Assembly (NCBI RefSeq): GCF_006345805.1
Contig: NW_021833884.1
Span: forward strand, 1 to 53,496
DNA length: 53,496 nt
Reading direction: 5' to 3'
Source of the DNA: Octopus sinensis
Taxonomy: Eukaryota
Shown here: positions 47,355-53,496 of the stretch, piece by piece
How the letters are laid out: every line of letters begins with the position of its first letter
How positions within the stretch are numbered: the stretch's first letter is position 1
Notes under the pieces: model-generated
What the model saw: only the letters and a program-made list of their open reading frames with translations
Databases searched by the model: none
What the model was told of the DNA's origin: nothing
Position numbers and translations under genes: made by a program

Positions 47355-48020
47355 ACACCATCACCACTACTACCACCACCACCATCATAATCATTGGCGG
47401 CGGCGGCGGCGTCTTCATCATAATCATCATCATAATCAGCAGCAGCAGCAGCAGCAGCATCAACGTTATAAACATAATCATCATCATCGTTAATGATTAT
47501 CATCACCATCATTATCCTCATCATAATCATCATCATCATCATCACCACGATTACCACTACCACGACGATTACTATCGCCAACATTACTACTACTACTACT
47601 ACTACTACCACTACTATTTACTACAGCCACCACCATTACCAACGCCACAACCACTATCCTCCACTACAGGGAACACTACTACCACCAAAGCAACAGCCAC
47701 AGCTAGCAGCACTACTATCACCACCACTGCTACAACCACAACCACACCTCTCTCTACTACAACAATACATACCACCAACACCGTGGTCATTACTACCACC
47801 AAAGCAACAGCCACAGCTAGCACCACACTGCCTGTCTACCATCAGAACTACCACTACCACCACCACCACCACCACCACTACAGCCGACACCCGTACCACT
47901 TCTGTTGCTACTACCCATACCATCACACAACCATGAAATCTACTACTACGACGACTACAACTACACCGCTATTACTGCTACTGCTGCCCATACTTCAACC
48001 ACCATCAATACTACTGCCTT
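47230..48020. repeat. Complex trinucleotide low-complexity array (CAT/CAC/TAC/CAG)
   Basis: Direct reading; includes a repeated ctaccaccaaagcaacagccacagctagca block. Confidence 0.9.
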
Positions 48021-48159
48021 GACTACCAAAGAGAAAAATCCTCTCTATTGATTTAGTCGGCATCCTAGATATCGCTTGTTTCATTTGGTGCAGTATCACC
48101 AACAACATCCTTCTCAATCCGCATCATCCTCTCATTCGCCATCCCTCCATCCCTCCCTC

Positions 48160-48679
48160 CCTCCCTCATTCTCTCTCTCTTTCTCTCTTTCTGTCCTACT
48201 CTCTATCGTTCTTTCCTCCTCCTCCTACATCTATTTCGCCCACCCTCTGTCCCCTTGGCTTCCACCTCTGTTTTTCCTCCACAATTTCGATTTTTACTAT
48301 ATCGCCTTTGCTCACATTCTCTCTCTCTCTCTCTCTCTTTCTTTCCCTTTCTGTCTCTCTTCCTCTCTATCTATTTCTTTTTCTCTCTTTCTCTCTCTCT
48401 CTTTCTCTCTCTCTCTCTATTTCTCACTTTTTCTCTCTCTCTGTTTCTTCCTCTCTCTTTCTCTCTCTCTCTCTTTTTCTCTCTCTCTTTTTCTCTCTCA
48501 CTCTCTTTTTCTCTCTCTCTTTCTTTCTCTTTCTCTCTCACTTTTTCTCTCTCACTCTCTTTCTCAATCTCTTTCACTCTCTTTCTTCCTCTCTCTTTCT
48601 TTCCCTCTCTCTTTCTCTTTCTTTCTCTTTCTGTCTCTCTTCCTCTCTCTCTTTCTATCTCTCTTCCTCTCTCTCTTTC

Positions 48680-48710
<31 letters not shown>

Positions 48711-48720
48711 TCCTCTTCAC
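48160..48720. repeat. CT-rich polypyrimidine array
   Basis: Direct reading. Confidence 0.92.
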
Positions 48721-49056
48721 TCCTGTTCCCACACATTCTACCCTTTTTCCTCTCTCCCTCTACATCCCTATACACGCATACATACATACGTGTATATGTG
48801 AGTGTGTGTGTGTGTGTGTGCGCGCGTCTATCCTTTCTGTATATCAGTTCGCTTCATCTCTCTCTCTCTCTCCCTCTCACAGTTCACTATCAATACATTT
48901 CTGTCATATCTATGCTTGTCCATCTCACTCTCCATCTACCCAGCTATACCCATTTTATACCCAGATGTATATTCTTACCTATCAATTTATCCATCTATAT
49001 ATGTATGTCTGTGTGCATGCGTGCATACATACATACATATTTACGTACATATATAC

Positions 49057-49102
<46 letters not shown>

Positions 49103-49187
49103 CAAAACATTAATCTATCGGTCTTATCTACCCGTGTTGGGTATTTATCTATCTCCTTATCTATCAACCAATATATGTATATATAAA

Positions 49188-49234
<47 letters not shown>

Positions 49235-49237
49235 ATA

Positions 49238-49272
<35 letters not shown>

Positions 49273-49349
49273 ATATATAATATATACATACATTATATAA
49301 TATATTATATATATATATATAGTATATATATGTATATATATGTATATAG

Positions 49350-49384
<35 letters not shown>

Positions 49385-49779
49385 TACATATATACAATAT
49401 ACATATATATATCTCCTACGCAATGATCTATTTAACTGCTTCACCGTCTCTCAGTTCATCCATCTATTTTTCAGTCTGGATGTCTATCGATCTTTTTACT
49501 TGACTACATTATCTTCCCGCCCCAATTATTCCTCATCCCCCTCTCTCTCCCCCCTCTCCCCCTCTTTCTCTTTCTTTCTCTCTCTCGGCATGTATTTTCC
49601 TCCTCTTCCTTCTTCCCCCCCTTTAACTTTCTCTTCAAAATGTCCTTTCGCCGACTCCGCTTTCCTCTCTCTATCATTTCATTTCGTCCCTCTTTCTCTC
49701 AGCATCTCTACTCATTTACAACCACCACCACCACCACCACTTGTATACATGCACACATGCGCACACAAACAAGAATACA

Positions 49780-50525
<746 letters not shown>

Positions 50526-50817
50526 ATGTATGTACGTATATATGTATGCGTACATGTATGCAGACGCATTAACATAACTTCTTTATCCCCACTGCCTCGC
50601 CCGCTGTGGATCCCACAAACACCAGTAGCGCCACCTCCATATATGCAGATTAACATAGCATTAACTACACTCTTTTCTCTCTCATCCTTTAACCATCTGT
50701 CAGTCTCTCTTCCCGTTCTCTCTGTCTTTCCTTCTCTCTTTCTCTCTCACTCTCTCACACGCGCTCTCTCTTCACTGGATCACCACGTGTCGACAAACTA
50801 CTGCTTTTACAAGTTCC

Positions 50818-50820
50818 ATA

Positions 50821-50878
<58 letters not shown>

Positions 50879-50882
50879 TTAT

Positions 50883-50916
<34 letters not shown>

Positions 50917-51060
50917 GTCTATCTGTCTATTTATCTATCTATCAATCTGTCTATCCATCTATTTATCTATCCATCAATCCATCTATCAATCTATCTATCT
51001 GTCTATTTATCTATCAAGTTATCTATTAATCTACCACTCTATCTATCTATTTGTCTATCT
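50818..51060. repeat. (TATC)n array, opposite orientation to 49780-50525
   Basis: Direct reading. Confidence 0.92.
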
Positions 51061-51119
51061 TTATCTATGTGCGTATGTGCATGTCTGTATATATATATAT
51101 ACATACATACATACATACA

Positions 51120-51151
<32 letters not shown>

Positions 51152-51516
51152 CACGAACATTTCATATATTAACATATCACTCAATCATCATCGTCTTTTT
51201 CGTATAAGACATATTATATATTCATACATACAAACATACATACATAAAAACGTATGCGTATACACACTCACACCCGTACATATACACACATCATATACAT
51301 TAACATGTCTCTTCATCACTCTATCCATTCACCCATAAACCTTCAATCTTTATTCACTATATTTCGATAACTCTCCCCATCCCCTTTCGTCCCCCTCCTT
51401 CATTCTTTGTTTTTTCTTAATATAATTTCCTGTCATAAACTTTCGCTCACTCATTCACTCATGCATACTCTCACTCCTCCCTTCTCTCTCACTCTCCCCC
51501 TCTCTTATTGCTTCCG

Positions 51517-51601
<85 letters not shown>

Positions 51602-51929
51602 CTCCAGTACATTTTATTCCTTTCATACTTTACCGCTTTTATTTTTGTATATTTTGGTTACAATTTTCTCTTCTTTTGATTTTCTTATTTTTCTTACATT
51701 TTTATAAGATTTTAATTTCTTTTAAATAAACTTTTTCGGATAATTTGTTTTTTTTTAATGTTTTAATTCAAATCTACATTTCTTAAATTTTCTTTTATTT
51801 CTCATGTTTTTTCTCTCTCCATTCCAGCATCCATAACGGTATTTTTTTATCTAATATTTTTTTCAAATACTTGAATCTTTTCTTATTTCTTGTTGTTGTT
51901 GTTGTTGTTGTTGCTGCTGATCCTGTAGG

Positions 51930-52725
51930 ATGTGCAGCAGCACAGTAACTCTTCCCATTTCTTCCTCTTCTTCCTCCTCATCTCTTTTTTCTAACCCATT
52001 ATTGTTCTTTTTTCTCTATCCTCACACGTTCTCTTCTTCACTTTCTTCACCTCCCTACTTTCTTTCCTTTCCTTTCCTTCTTTTCTTCTTCTTCTTCTTC
52101 TTCTTCTTCTTCTCCACCTCTTCTTTCATCTCCTCCTCTTCTGCCTTCTTCTTCTTCTTCTTCTTAATCTTCTTCTTCTTCTTCTTAATCTTCTTCTTCT
52201 TAATCTTCTTCTTCTTCTTCTTCTTCTTCTTAATCTTCTTCTTCTTCTTCTTCTTCTTCTTCTTCTTCTTCTTTTTCTACAACTCCGCTTTCATCTCCTC
52301 CTCCTCTGCCTTCTTCTTCTTCTTCTCCTTCTCCACCTCCACTTTCATCTCCTTCACCTCTTCCTCCTTCTCTCCTCCTTCTTCTTCTTCTTCTTCTCCA
52401 CCTCCACTTTCATCTCCTTCACCCCTTCCTCCTCCTCTCCTCCTTCTTCTTCTTCTTCTCCGCCTCCTCTTTCATCTCCTCCTCCTCTGCCTTCTTCTTC
52501 TTCTTCTTCTTCTTCTTCTTCTACTACTACTACTACAACTACTACTTCTTCTCCACCTCCTCTGCCTCCTCCTCCTCCTTCTTCTTCTCCTTCTTCTTCT
52601 TCTACTACTACTACAACTACTACTTCTCCGCTTTCATCTCCTCCTTCTCTGTCTTCTTCTTCTTCTTCTTCTTTACCTCCTCTTTCATCTCCTCCACCTC
52701 CTCCTTCTCCTTCCCACCTAATTCT
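51930..52725. repeat. (TTC)/(CTC) complex array
   Basis: Direct reading. Confidence 0.92.
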
Positions 52726-52984
52726 TGTTCACCTTTTTTGCGCTTCATCTTCCTCTTCCTCCAGTAATTCTTTCTCCATTTCACTATTCACAGAGAAAGG
52801 ATTATGGCCTTGATATGCACTCCTTTGTGGCCATGGGCAATTCACGCAGTCGATTCAGAAAACTGGCTGAGAACTGTCTCCCTCACTCCAGATACTTTAC
52901 CGAAAATTCGATGCACTGGATAAGAAAGTCTACCTAACGCAGCTTACTCCGTGACCTCTCTTCCACCAACTATCACCCACCGAC

Positions 52985-53335
52985 TATCACCTTTCGCCGG
53001 GCAAAAAATCCTGTATGAAAAGGTCTTTCACAACCACGTAGTTTCGGTTAATTTCCACTGTGCAGCATCTATGCCTTCTACTAAAGCTCATCCCGGCCGG
53101 TGCCTCGTGAGTGAATTTGGTAGGCGAAAACTGTGGGAAGACTGTCGTATACATGGGTGGTTGTGTGTGCGTGTATGTGTCTGTGTGTTGTTTCTTTGTG
53201 TCAGGGTTATCCTTTACCCACCACTAGACAACGTTGTTGGTTCGTTTACGTCACCGTAACTTAGTGGTTCAATCATTGAAGTCGATATTCATTAGGACCA
53301 GACTAAGTACTGTGATTGATTTTTTCGATTAAAAA
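52985..53335 (+). mobile_element. SINE family B, diverged
   Basis: ..cttctactaaagctcatcccggccgg..gtgagtgaatttggtaggcgaaaactg, then TG, then gtttacgtcaccgtaacttagtggttc. Confidence 0.7.
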
Positions 53336-53496
53336 CCATTCTTCTTTTTTTTATTCTTATTCTTCTTCTTCTTCTTCTTCTTCTCTTCTTTTCTTCTTCT
53401 TCTTCTTCTTCTGCTTCTTCTGCTTCTTCTGCTTCTTCTCTTCCTTTCTCCTCCTTCTCCTCCTCCTCTTCTGCCTTCTTCTTCTTCTTCTCCACC

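Overview
A 53.5-kb, AT-rich, microsatellite-saturated stretch of animal genomic DNA with no host gene I can support. The recurrent SINE families resemble those I recall from octopus genomes, so the source is probably an octopod (inference). Most of the six-frame ORF track is microsatellite artefact. The real coding content belongs to mobile elements: (1) a young Penelope-like element (PLE; RT plus C-terminal GIY-YIG-type endonuclease) at 23996-27783, forming a 3.8-kb inverted-repeat structure with ~794-bp arms, each carrying a complete type I hammerhead ribozyme (HHR); (2) a near-intact CR1-group LINE at ~43788-47125; (3) 3' fragments of an R4/Dong-like LINE sitting in (TAA)n and of L1/Tx1-like LINEs sitting in (GATA)n; (4) decayed Tc1, maT-like and mariner transposons, a non-autonomous Helitron, and many tRNA-derived SINEs. 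Most notable: a 540-bp non-coding palindrome (31491-32032) with a long-stem-II HHR in each arm; a SINE whose 3' tail matches the 3' end of the local Tx1-like LINE (34/41 nt); a UAAUG stop-start junction between the PLE RT and endonuclease ORFs; and a candidate -1 frameshift signal in the CR1 ORF1/ORF2 overlap. All alignments, base-pairings and counts were done by hand, and SINE boundaries are approximate.
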